Positions 47,524 through 56,093 of a stretch of DNA of 56,093 bases are shown in pieces. Under the pieces are notes generated by a model. The model saw only the letters and a list, made by a program, of their open reading frames with translations. It did not search any database and was not told the origin of the DNA. The DNA comes from Spirochaetota bacterium (GTDB lineage Bacteria; Spirochaetota; UBA4802; JAGODF01). Location: positions 1 through 56,093 of the forward strand of contig DAOMJL010000002.1 of NCBI GenBank assembly GCA_035431765.1, written 5' to 3'. Both the position numbers and the translations under genes were made by a program. Numbering within the stretch: the stretch's first letter is position 1; every line of letters begins with the position of its first letter.

Positions 47524-48411
47524 ATGATTGTGCGACCTGAAGAAAACACAACTGAAATACGGTTCTCCCTTGTCATGTGGATCTCATTTTTTCTGCATGT
47601 CATTCTCGTGGTGTCGATTCTGCTACAGCACTCTGACCCCGCAAGTCGGGTCCTTTCACGGCAGCAGGCTCAGGGCAGAGAAGAGCTTCCGAACAGGGAC
47701 ATTATCGTCAACCTGAACCAGGATAACCGCAGGGTATATAACCGGACGACGCTTCTTTCCGATAAGGATTCATCGGCGCAGGGATATGTTACAAAGGAGA
47801 AAGGGAACCGCTGGCTGAACAATTCCCTTGAATTCATGCTGCAGCGTGGAAAAAAGAGCTCCCGAAGTTCCAGCTCCAGAGAAAAAAGTGAGGATAAAAT
47901 CCTCCTTTCTCATGATAATGAGGTCGTGGTATTCCTCGCGAAGTACTTCATGGGTGAACCTGACACTGCAGGGCAGGGCGGCAGCAGCGACTTTAACCGG
48001 ATTCCCGACAGAAACGATGTAACCAGAAGGAACGCAATTTATTATTCAAACACCGGCCACTTTTCCTTTAATACAAAGAAGTTCAAGAACTTCCATTATT
48101 TTAAAAAAATGAAGGATAAAATAGCATCGAACTGGTATCCTCCGATGGTTGCCAACGCAATAATGGGGGGGTATGCTCCGGGCAGTGTGCGGATCATGGC
48201 CATCCAGAGTCAGGAGGTGAAGCTCTATTTTGTTCTTAACCGGGGCGGTGAAGTGGTGAAAGTGCAAATACTTGACTCCATGGGAAACTCCTCCCTGGAT
48301 TCATCATGTGTCGATGCAATTAGAATGTCCCGAACATTCGGACCTGTTCCCGGCGATATCGGCGGCAATCTCGTTGTGATTCCATTCATTTTCGGGTATT
48401 ATGTGCAATAA
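47524..48411 (+). CDS. TonB-family C-terminal-domain protein
   Basis: It has an N-terminal TM anchor (VMWISFFLHVILVVSILL), a polar linker, and a C-terminal TonB_C-like block (...VKLYFVLNRGGEVVKVQILDSMGNSSLDSSCVDAIR...FGPVP). Confidence 0.7.
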   Translation: MIVRPEENTTEIRFSLVMWISFFLHVILVVSILLQHSDPASRVLSRQQAQGREELPNRDIIVNLNQDNRRVYNRTTLLSDKDSSAQGYVTKEKGNRWLNNSLEFMLQRGKKSSRSSSSREKSEDKILLSHDNEVVVFLAKYFMGEPDTAGQGGSSDFNRIPDRNDVTRRNAIYYSNTGHFSFNTKKFKNFHYFKKMKDKIASNWYPPMVANAIMGGYAPGSVRIMAIQSQEVKLYFVLNRGGEVVKVQILDSMGNSSLDSSCVDAIRMSRTFGPVPGDIGGNLVVIPFIFGYYVQ

Positions 48412-48689
48412 GCAGCTCTGATGTCCTCCCGCGCAGCATCTTTTTTTATCTATTTATTTTTCAAATTGTAATTGCGAATTCAGGACTGTTCATCCATACT
48501 ATTTAATTCCTTATTACTCAAGATATTGCACAGTAATAACGAAAATAATAATAGCGGAAAAAGAATGTTGTCCGTTACGGCGCGGAGTGGGCCATACACT
48601 GCTCATTTGTCTGCCGTTGGCTCATTGCCTTTTTTTTACGGGTAATGGGGCGATACTGATGCACCGCAATGAAGGCAGGTTTCCGGTAC

Positions 48690-49805
48690 ATGGTAAAAAT
48701 TCTTCTCACATCAGATATTCATCTCGGATTGGATGATGACGATGCTCCTGTTCCCGGAGTGGTCCGGGCAGGCACCTTCCGGAAGATATCGGCGCTGGCA
48801 CGGGAGCATGACGTGCTGCTTATAGCCGGCGATCTTTTCTGCCGGAGTGATGTCGATACGGAAACCGTGGATCTCGTGTCCGAAGAGTTCGGTAAAATCC
48901 GGAACAGGGGGACCGAGATACTGCTTACTCCCGGTGAATGTGAAATGGACGGGGAGGGGACGGCGACCTCATTGCTGAACCTGCTGAATGTCTCCAGGAT
49001 ATTTGATGAAAGCAACAGCAGCGAACCCTTTGAGATTACCCGTGGGGGGCAGTCGGTATATGTCTACGGTGTTCCGCCCCTGAACGGAAACGCGATGCAG
49101 AATATTTCACGGCAGTCCAGCGAGGGATTTCACATCGGGCTGTTTCATGGAGATATTAACCTCAACGGCGAGGAGATGAATGACTGTCCCCTGGTGATCA
49201 CGAAACAGGACCTTAAAAGGATGAACCTCGATTTCTATGCCCTGGGACATTATCACAATTACAAGCTCTACAAAAATCTGGGAGTGGTAATTGGCGCCTA
49301 TCCGGGATCGCCTGAAGCGGTAACTTTCGGGGAACCGGGAGAACGATATGTGCTGTCGATGATTATAGGGAGCGACAGGATTCAGCAGATAAAACGCCTT
49401 ACTATCAACACGAAAGTTGTTGAGGTACTTGATCTCGACTGCAGCGTGCTGGGAAGCGCCCGGGATGTCTTAAAACGGCTCGAAGAGTGCGGCTCTCCAA
49501 AAAAGATATGCAGACTCAGGCTGACCGGGGAAAGAAACTTTATTCTTTCTCCTGATGAGGTTGCGGCGGCAGGGAAGAAATTTGATAATCTGATTCTATG
49601 CGATGAGTCGCTGCCGACAATCGAAGTGCTTATAAAAAACTATAAAAATGAGAATACATTGAAGGGTGATTTCTTTTTAGTCCTGGAGGAACGGTTCGGC
49701 AATAATGATATTCCGGTGGATATTGACCTGGAAGGATTTAACAGAATCCTGAACCGGATTTCAGTAAGCGGTTTTTATAAACCGGAGGATTGGCTGTGCA
49801 GATAA
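48690..49805 (+). CDS. SbcD/YhaO-like metallophosphoesterase (DNA-repair exonuclease family)
   Basis: Motifs present are ILLTSDIHLG, LLIAGDLF, GLFHGD and ALGHYH. The GNH(D/E) motif position reads PGECE, so it is degenerate. ATG 48690 is preferred over 48669. Confidence 0.8.
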   Translation: MVKILLTSDIHLGLDDDDAPVPGVVRAGTFRKISALAREHDVLLIAGDLFCRSDVDTETVDLVSEEFGKIRNRGTEILLTPGECEMDGEGTATSLLNLLNVSRIFDESNSSEPFEITRGGQSVYVYGVPPLNGNAMQNISRQSSEGFHIGLFHGDINLNGEEMNDCPLVITKQDLKRMNLDFYALGHYHNYKLYKNLGVVIGAYPGSPEAVTFGEPGERYVLSMIIGSDRIQQIKRLTINTKVVEVLDLDCSVLGSARDVLKRLEECGSPKKICRLRLTGERNFILSPDEVAAAGKKFDNLILCDESLPTIEVLIKNYKNENTLKGDFFLVLEERFGNNDIPVDIDLEGFNRILNRISVSGFYKPEDWLCR

Positions 49806-51937
49806 TTCGATGCATCGCATCAAAACCGGGACTGTTCGATAATAAAATTATCGACGTTGGTGAACGTATTACTGTTATATACGGCCGCAACAACTCCGGG
49901 AAATCCTTTCTGGCCCGCGCCATCGTTGACCTGACCACAGGACGGCTCCTGGACCGTGACAGGGTAAAAGAGAATGGATGGAAAAATTTCTATCTCGATA
50001 TACTATTTTCCGGTCCTTCCGGAAAGTTCAGGTATGTCTGCAATGGCGAAAAGACCCTGTCGATTAAGCGCTGCTATGATGATTCAGAGGATGAAATTGC
50101 GCTGTTTGATTTGAGCAGCGGAGAAACAAAGGACCTTGTGTCGGGTCTCCTGGAGAAGAAGGAAAGTGAATCCCTCGGGTCCTTCTATGAAAAAGTTGGT
50201 TCCGGCACCTATATGAATACCTCATTTCTTCCTTCACCGATGGATATTGTCAGGGAAGGAAGGCTGGACCATGAAGTTTTCAAGCGGATTTTCGTGTTTG
50301 ATAATTCCAATTTTTATTTACTCTATGGAGAACTGCACCGCAATTACGGCAACGGGAATGCGGGGCTTGTACGTGAAGAGATAGGAAGGAAAGTTGAACA
50401 GTGCAGGGAGCTTGATAAACAGGCAAAGATTATTGATATCCAGTCCTCGAAATATGAAAAACTCGCAAAAGAAAAAGAAACCATCAGGACTGACCTCGAT
50501 AAGCTGAAGGTTGAATCGAATGAACTTATGCGTAAGCGTGATATTCTCGCGCTGATTCTGGAAAAGCTCAATGCGAAAAAAGAGATTGAGAAGAAACTGG
50601 ATGTGATCAACGGGGACCTGGGGGATGAAAAGAATAAGGAAGAGGAGTTTTCCGGATTAAAAAAACGCATGGAACAGATGTTCCCGCGGTTTATACATTT
50701 CAGTGAACTACAGAAGCAGAACCTGAAAAAAATACAGGAGCTTTACCGGGAATTGCGGGATGTGAAAGAGGAGTCCGAGAAATTCATGTCAGTGGTGAAA
50801 CAGCGGGGAAGAATCCTGAAAAATTCCGTCCTCGCCGTCAACATCGCATCCCTTGTGGCGATTGTCTTTATTATGTTGAATGTCATTATCACATTACCAC
50901 GGGCGGAGAAGCTCCATGTTGTCTATGGCATTCTTGGACTTGTGGGGCTGAGTCTCGCGGGGCTCCTGGGATATTCGCTGTATACCGCACGGTCAAAAGT
51001 GATTGCCTGGCATGTGAACCGGCAGAGAGAAATGGAGGGGATGATTCAGAAACTCCTTGTCGAAAACAACATTGACGACACTGAATATAAAATTGAAACA
51101 GTGTATGAATTTCTGCTCCAGTATTTCAGCGAGTATACTGATTATACCGAAATGCAGCTTGAGGTGTTGAAGCTCGGCAGTCAGCTTCGGGGTGATGATG
51201 CTGTCGCTGAGATGAAGTCGGACCTGAAAAGCGCGAAAGCTGACATCAGGCGACTTGATTCGGAAATTGAGGCTGATATCTATTCCCTGAATATGCAGAA
51301 GGAGCTCCCCCTTGACGCGGATGTGATCAATGGGTATCTGGCCGATTTCAACACTGAATACGAGAAAAGAATGAAAGAGCTCGGGCGGCAGGAAAATATA
51401 CTGAATCAGCTTGAGGTGGAAACCGCTGGTTCCGGGTGCGATAACAGCGGGCTGCAGAACATACTGGATCAGAAAGGCAGGCTCGAGGAGGAGCTTCGCG
51501 AACTCACGCTTCATGCGAATACCATGAAATACATACTTGATCTCATGAATGATTCTGTGATACGAAGAGAAAAGCGGCAGATGGAACGCCTGATTGCCGG
51601 GACTGCGGCGGTATTTCATTCGCTGACAAGCAATCAGTATATTACCGACATCGGGGAAGGATATATCCGGGACCTGCTGGAGGGAAATATATCCGGAGAG
51701 GAGAACACGACGGTTGTCCACCTGCTGTTGCTTTCAATAAAGATTGCCGTGACAGATTTTTTAATTGACCTGAATATACCGCTTCCCCTTATAATCGACG
51801 AGCCGTTTCAGTTTATGGACGACAGGCGGATACAGAAACTAAAAACCCTGCTCGATGATGTCGCCGCGTCACGTCAGGTGATAATCTTCACGCACAACAA
51901 TAATTTTAAGGACTGGGGAAGTTTCATAGAACTATAA
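49796..51937 (+). CDS. SMC/SbcC-like AAA ATPase (YhaN-like) with internal membrane hairpin
   Basis: Walker A is YGRNNSGKS. Long coiled-coil segments flank two hydrophobic helices (about 50824-50985). The C-terminal Walker B is LPLIIDEPFQFMDD. The start is GTG 49796, 6 nt after GGAGGA. The gene overlaps the upstream stop by 10 nt. Confidence 0.82.
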   Translation: MQIIRCIASKPGLFDNKIIDVGERITVIYGRNNSGKSFLARAIVDLTTGRLLDRDRVKENGWKNFYLDILFSGPSGKFRYVCNGEKTLSIKRCYDDSEDEIALFDLSSGETKDLVSGLLEKKESESLGSFYEKVGSGTYMNTSFLPSPMDIVREGRLDHEVFKRIFVFDNSNFYLLYGELHRNYGNGNAGLVREEIGRKVEQCRELDKQAKIIDIQSSKYEKLAKEKETIRTDLDKLKVESNELMRKRDILALILEKLNAKKEIEKKLDVINGDLGDEKNKEEEFSGLKKRMEQMFPRFIHFSELQKQNLKKIQELYRELRDVKEESEKFMSVVKQRGRILKNSVLAVNIASLVAIVFIMLNVIITLPRAEKLHVVYGILGLVGLSLAGLLGYSLYTARSKVIAWHVNRQREMEGMIQKLLVENNIDDTEYKIETVYEFLLQYFSEYTDYTEMQLEVLKLGSQLRGDDAVAEMKSDLKSAKADIRRLDSEIEADIYSLNMQKELPLDADVINGYLADFNTEYEKRMKELGRQENILNQLEVETAGSGCDNSGLQNILDQKGRLEEELRELTLHANTMKYILDLMNDSVIRREKRQMERLIAGTAAVFHSLTSNQYITDIGEGYIRDLLEGNISGEENTTVVHLLLLSIKIAVTDFLIDLNIPLPLIIDEPFQFMDDRRIQKLKTLLDDVAASRQVIIFTHNNNFKDWGSFIEL

Positions 51938-51939
51938 TC

Positions 51940-52920
51940 ATGGATAAGGACGGACAGTTAATTTTTAATGATGATCCCTTCCTTATTGCCTGCAATACTG
52001 CATATCAATTAATTGAAGAAGGTAAATTTCCTGAGGCGATCGAAAAAATCGACAAACTGATGGGTGAAAATCCTGATTATCCCGGACTGGTTGAAACCTT
52101 CAGAACGGCGAAATTCTGGAAAAACCGCAGCAACGATATCGAAGCGCTTGAAAAGGGGAAGTCTACAGCGGATTTTCTGATGATGCAGTGGGAGGTGTTC
52201 CGGCGGTATTCCCTGGAAAAAAGTATTATCGATTCCGCGGCGTACCATGCCGCAATGAAGTATATATTCTTTGAGGCCGCGGAACAATACAAAGTCGCCT
52301 ATCTGGAAGAGCAGAGCACGATTAACAGCTTTGATCTTCTCCTCAATCTCGGGGTATGTTTTATCACCCTCGGTGAGTACCGGCATGCCATTGAGGCCCT
52401 CGAATTTGCGCGAATAACTTTTCGGAGCAATGCGAAACTTCTGTCTCTTCTCGGGGAGGCCTATTATCATCTCGGGGAAATCCCCAAGAGCCTGTATTGT
52501 TTTAAAGAGGCTTTCTTTGTCGATCCCTCGGAGATCGATCTGTCCCTGCTGAAGGCCAAACCTATCTTGCAGCTCGCGGCGCTCGCACGGGAAAAGAAGC
52601 CCGGAAAGGACGAACGGGAGTGGATCCCGGTCTTTGGACATATTGAGGACCTGTTTTATGTGAAGCGCCAGGTGAATACGCAGCAGGTTGAATCGATCAA
52701 GCGGGAGATTTTTACTCTCGAAAAAAGCCTTTACCAGATAGGCAGGGAAAAGGCCGAGGAGACAAATATTATCCCCCGCCTTATTAATAAATACTTATGG
52801 ATGCTGGATTACTTTGAACTTCAGCATTATGACTTTAACAATATTGCCGATATACGCAGTCAGTTGATTAAAATTGACCGGGAGATTTTCGAAGAATTTT
52901 TCAAAAATAAACCGAAATGA
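51940..52920 (+). CDS. TPR-like helical-repeat protein (hypothetical)
   Basis: The start lies 2 nt after the ATPase stop. TPR-like blocks include GEYRHAIEALEFARITF and LGEAYYHLGEIPKSLYCFKEAFFVDP. Confidence 0.7.
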   Translation: MDKDGQLIFNDDPFLIACNTAYQLIEEGKFPEAIEKIDKLMGENPDYPGLVETFRTAKFWKNRSNDIEALEKGKSTADFLMMQWEVFRRYSLEKSIIDSAAYHAAMKYIFFEAAEQYKVAYLEEQSTINSFDLLLNLGVCFITLGEYRHAIEALEFARITFRSNAKLLSLLGEAYYHLGEIPKSLYCFKEAFFVDPSEIDLSLLKAKPILQLAALAREKKPGKDEREWIPVFGHIEDLFYVKRQVNTQQVESIKREIFTLEKSLYQIGREKAEETNIIPRLINKYLWMLDYFELQHYDFNNIADIRSQLIKIDREIFEEFFKNKPK

Positions 52921-52973
52921 GTCGTTTCCCGGCTGTACATTCTTTCCTGGCTGCGTAAAAAATAAAGGTTATA

Positions 52974-54770
52974 ATGATACATGTAAAAAAAATGCTTTCC
53001 CTGCTTCCGTTTCTGGCGGCAGTAGTTTTTATTCCCGCCCTTGTATTTGCCGAAGGGTGGGGGCTGACCGGGTCTTCTGCGGATTTCATTCCCCCGTCAA
53101 TTACGGTACATCCCGTATACCGTTCCTTTTCTCCGAACAATGACGGCGTTATGGACTATGGTGAATTCCGCTTTTCAATGAAAGATTCCGGGCGGATCAA
53201 GGGGTGGCGCTTCCAGATTCTTCAGGGGGATCGGATAGTGCGTGAGTTCCGCCATGTTCCGAGAAATCTGTCCGGCGGGGGGAAGGTCTTCAGCTTTCTG
53301 AGAGAATTATGGCGTTCTGATGTTGTCCCTGATCGCCTTCTGTGGGACGGCAGAAATACCGGGGGGATGTTGATGGGGAACGGCGAATACCGTTACAGCC
53401 TCACCGCCTGGGACGGGAATGATAATATATCGGCGCTGAAAGAAGGGACGGTGTATATTGACACCAATGCTCCCCGGGTACATTCGGTACTGGCGGGGTA
53501 CGGGGCCCCGGGGACTGTTTCAATAGGTATCACTGTACAGGCGTTTAAATATGACCGTGCAGCAGCGGTGATCCGCGACGACGGCGGCTCCACGGTGCGG
53601 ATGTTTCAGTGGAGGGCGGATGCGGTACCCTCCGTTCTTGTGTGGGATGGAAAGGGATCTGACGGTAAGCCTGTGGATGAAGGGATGTACTCATGTTCTA
53701 TTGAGGTACGGGACAGCGCCGGGAACGCCGACAGGACTGAGGTGCGGAATATTGTGATTGAGCGGATACAGCAGCCGGTGCGTGTTGACGCGGACTGTAC
53801 GCTTATGTCATACCGGAAGCGGAACGGCGTGAATTTTACTGTCAGCAGGGGATTTACCGCCTCGTCGGCCCCCTGGACCATGATAATCGAGAACAGCGGC
53901 GGTACTGCGGTCAGGACGTATTCCGGGAGAAGTGTGCCTTTTGCTATCGCATGGGACGGAAAAGACAATGCCGGGAAAACCCTCCGTGACGGTATGTATT
54001 TCTATAAAATGGTCATGGTCCTGGGCAAGGAAAACACCTACACCTCGCCGCCGAAGGAGCTCCGGATTGACTCCACGCCGCCGGAATTGCGCGTACGCTG
54101 CGGTCCTGAAGGCTTCTCTCCTGACGGTGACAGGGATGATGATTTCCTCACCCTGCGTCCCTCCTACTCAGACTTCTGCGCCGTGAAAGAGTGGAAAATA
54201 ACCGCCGTCGATGAAAACGGATCGCCCTTTTATCAGTGGAATGGGAAGGGGGCGCTCCCGGAACTCATTACATGGGACGGGAACGGGTATGGCTCCGCGA
54301 AAGTGGAGTCGGTGAAGCCCTACCATTTCAGGCTGTATGCTGAAGATGAAGCGGGCAATACCGCTGTGTCCGGGGAAACATCGGTGACCTCAGGGGTACT
54401 TGTGCGTTCCTCATGCGAGGGGTTTCATATCCGGCTTGGGACCGGATTCATTGAAGGTACTGACCGTCCTGATCCGGCGTTTCTTCCTGTGCTGCACCGG
54501 CTTTCGGATATTGTTTCCCGGTACCAGGCCTATGCAATCAAACTTGAAGTCCACACAGACGTCAGGGGGGATGATCACGACAATCTCCTCGTATCGGAGA
54601 AGCGTGCGAAGTTCGTTGCGGACCTGCTCCGGAACCGCAGTGAAAAAGAAATCGATATATCCTTTCGGGGGATGGGAGAAACCATTCCACTTGTAAAGAG
54701 CGGTGATGAGAATGCCGGAAGAAAGAACAACCGGATTGAGATAAAATTTCTTCCCCGCATGCGTGAATAG
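52974..54770 (+). CDS. OmpA-family protein with four FlgD-Ig-like repeats
   Basis: A signal peptide is followed by four modules of about 100 aa. Each module has FSPN/DGD and a WDG(K/R)...G..(V/L).DG.Y core. The C-terminal OmpA-like domain ends ...NRRIEIKF. Confidence 0.85.
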   Translation: MIHVKKMLSLLPFLAAVVFIPALVFAEGWGLTGSSADFIPPSITVHPVYRSFSPNNDGVMDYGEFRFSMKDSGRIKGWRFQILQGDRIVREFRHVPRNLSGGGKVFSFLRELWRSDVVPDRLLWDGRNTGGMLMGNGEYRYSLTAWDGNDNISALKEGTVYIDTNAPRVHSVLAGYGAPGTVSIGITVQAFKYDRAAAVIRDDGGSTVRMFQWRADAVPSVLVWDGKGSDGKPVDEGMYSCSIEVRDSAGNADRTEVRNIVIERIQQPVRVDADCTLMSYRKRNGVNFTVSRGFTASSAPWTMIIENSGGTAVRTYSGRSVPFAIAWDGKDNAGKTLRDGMYFYKMVMVLGKENTYTSPPKELRIDSTPPELRVRCGPEGFSPDGDRDDDFLTLRPSYSDFCAVKEWKITAVDENGSPFYQWNGKGALPELITWDGNGYGSAKVESVKPYHFRLYAEDEAGNTAVSGETSVTSGVLVRSSCEGFHIRLGTGFIEGTDRPDPAFLPVLHRLSDIVSRYQAYAIKLEVHTDVRGDDHDNLLVSEKRAKFVADLLRNRSEKEIDISFRGMGETIPLVKSGDENAGRKNNRIEIKFLPRMRE

Positions 54771-54781
54771 GGAAATGTCCC

Positions 54782-55915
54782 ATGGCTGCGGGAGCGGATC
54801 ATGCCGTTGATTTCTCCGGACACGGCGGACTGAGAATACCGGCGGCGGATGCCCTCCGGGGTATTGCTGTCCTTTTAATGGTGCAGCAGCATCTGGGTGT
54901 ATGGCTCTGGAAGGTCCCGGTGATGCCGCTGTGGGAGCTCTTTGTCGCGCACCCCGTGATGATGGGTATGAACTTTTGCGGACTTCTCGCGGCGCCTCTT
55001 TTTGTGTCTCTTTCAGGGTTCGGATCAGTATATCTCCATGCCAAAACCGAAAGGCCCTTCAGGGTGTTCGCTGTCCGGGGTGCTGTTATAATTTTCTTCG
55101 GATACATGCTTAATTTCCTGACGCCCCACTGGTTTACTCCGGGTTCATGGTTTGTGCTTCACTGCATCGGTTTTTCCCTTATACTTGCTCCGGCGCTGCT
55201 TCGTCTCAGAACTGCATATCTTGTATTGCTGTATCCTGCAATTTTCGGTGCCGCCCTTTTCGGGCAGCACATCCTGGGAACGCCGCTTCTCCTCATGGAC
55301 GCCCGCATGGGAAACATTTCACTGCCGGGAGGCGTTCTTCGCCTCATTTTTCTTGAAGGACATTTTCCGGTGTTTCCCTGGGTGGCGCTGTTCATTTCCG
55401 GAATTATTGCGGGGAGGTTGATATCGGCGGGAAAAATAAAGTATATCCTTCTTACGGGTATCGCCTTTATTACTGCGGGTATTGTTCTCGGTGTGTTATA
55501 TCGTCACGGCTATGCCTTCGCCACGCGTGGCCCTCTGTTCCGGCTCTTTGTGCCGCTCCCGTACTTTTATCCGGCCCTTCCGCCCCTTATGCTGGGTCTG
55601 AACGGCCTTGCGCTCCTCTGTGCGGCGGTATCGTGCCGAATCGGCCAAAAAAAGGGGGTCAGAGCCTCCAATCTCCTTGTATCCCTGGGAAGGGTGTCTC
55701 TTACGGTGCTTTTTGTGCACATAGCCCTCTTCAATGAGCTGTTTCACCTTCTTGGCCTGAAGAATACCTTTTCGGCGGTATGGACCTTCGTTATAATTAT
55801 GATCACCCTCGGGGTGTGCGGATACTGTGCATTTCTGTGGCGAAGGAGCAATTACCGATATGGCCTGGAGTGGTGGGTCAGGGCGGTATCGGACAGAAAT
55901 TGGCGTAAAAAATAG
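54782..55915 (+). CDS. DUF1624 / heparan-alpha-glucosaminide N-acetyltransferase-like membrane protein
   Basis: The N-terminal signature is RIPAADALRGIAVLLMVQQH and there are about 10 TM helices. Confidence 0.7.
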   Translation: MAAGADHAVDFSGHGGLRIPAADALRGIAVLLMVQQHLGVWLWKVPVMPLWELFVAHPVMMGMNFCGLLAAPLFVSLSGFGSVYLHAKTERPFRVFAVRGAVIIFFGYMLNFLTPHWFTPGSWFVLHCIGFSLILAPALLRLRTAYLVLLYPAIFGAALFGQHILGTPLLLMDARMGNISLPGGVLRLIFLEGHFPVFPWVALFISGIIAGRLISAGKIKYILLTGIAFITAGIVLGVLYRHGYAFATRGPLFRLFVPLPYFYPALPPLMLGLNGLALLCAAVSCRIGQKKGVRASNLLVSLGRVSLTVLFVHIALFNELFHLLGLKNTFSAVWTFVIIMITLGVCGYCAFLWRRSNYRYGLEWWVRAVSDRNWRKK

Positions 55916-56040
55916 TTGCTTTAAGAGGCAATTATTGCTACTTTTCTGTAAGTTGTACTGTTTCAGTGTCCTGAAGCAGGGAAGTAAATATTGAAGTTAA
56001 AAAAATATAGAAGTGTGAAGCTAACCCTAAGGAGCACGTT

Positions 56041-56093
56041 ATGAGATCAATTAAAATTGCGGTTTTCAGTGTCATGATACTGTCGATGCTGGG
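56041..56093 (+). CDS. 5' end of a secreted/membrane protein (truncated by window edge)
   Basis: AAGGAG lies 6 nt upstream of ATG 56041. The sequence MRSIKIAVFSVMILSML looks like a signal peptide. Confidence 0.45.
   Translation, partial: MRSIKIAVFSVMILSML

Noticed and set aside
48412-48668. T7 and T8 runs (about 48451 and 48633) considered as terminators or an sRNA 3' end after the TonB-like gene
   Set aside because: I could not find a stable GC-rich stem immediately upstream of either run (only 3-4 bp helices), so I make no terminator or sRNA call.

Overview
This is a 56.1-kb, gene-dense chromosomal segment from a bacterium. I call 46 protein-coding genes, two of them cut by the window edges. 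I recognised no rRNA, tRNA, CRISPR array, transposase, integrase or phage genes, so it reads as core chromosome rather than a mobile island.

Housekeeping content:
- A complete hrcA-grpE-dnaK-dnaJ heat-shock operon sits behind a perfect CIRCE operator.
- Arginine genes argJ and argD-argF-argG are present.
- leuB and a bacterial myo-inositol-1-phosphate synthase are present.

The window is rich in signalling genes of the partner-switching type. It holds three SpoIIE/PP2C phosphatases: a 7TM type, a HAMP type, and a 1085-aa 7TMR-DISM/histidine kinase/receiver/PP2C fusion. It also holds one RsbW-like kinase and one STAS antagonist, but no sigma factor. Other signalling genes are a multi-PAS GGDEF cyclase, a lone CheY-like receiver, a TetR regulator and an XRE-cupin regulator.

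Other modules:
- A CoxD/CoxE-type MoxR-VWA pair.
- An ATP-grasp/methyltransferase cluster.
- A translationally coupled SbcD-like / membrane-anchored SMC-like ATPase / TPR trio.
- Several envelope proteins: an OmpA protein with FlgD-Ig repeats, beta-barrel candidates, lipoproteins, and a degenerate 5'-nucleotidase-like protein.

Most worth following up:
- The 8.5-kb kinase-headed operon at 7200-15690.
- The nuclease/ATPase/TPR trio at 48690-52920.
- A self-contained 43-codon zinc-ribbon mini-gene at 37833-38180 that the ORF track missed.
- A terminator-like hairpin placed directly in front of argD.

Taxonomy is inference only. The DnaK sequence, the CIRCE-controlled operon order and the abundance of PP2C and 7TMR-DISM sensors suggest a diderm, possibly Spirochaetota-like. 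All domain calls come from motifs read by eye in the translations. No database search was run.
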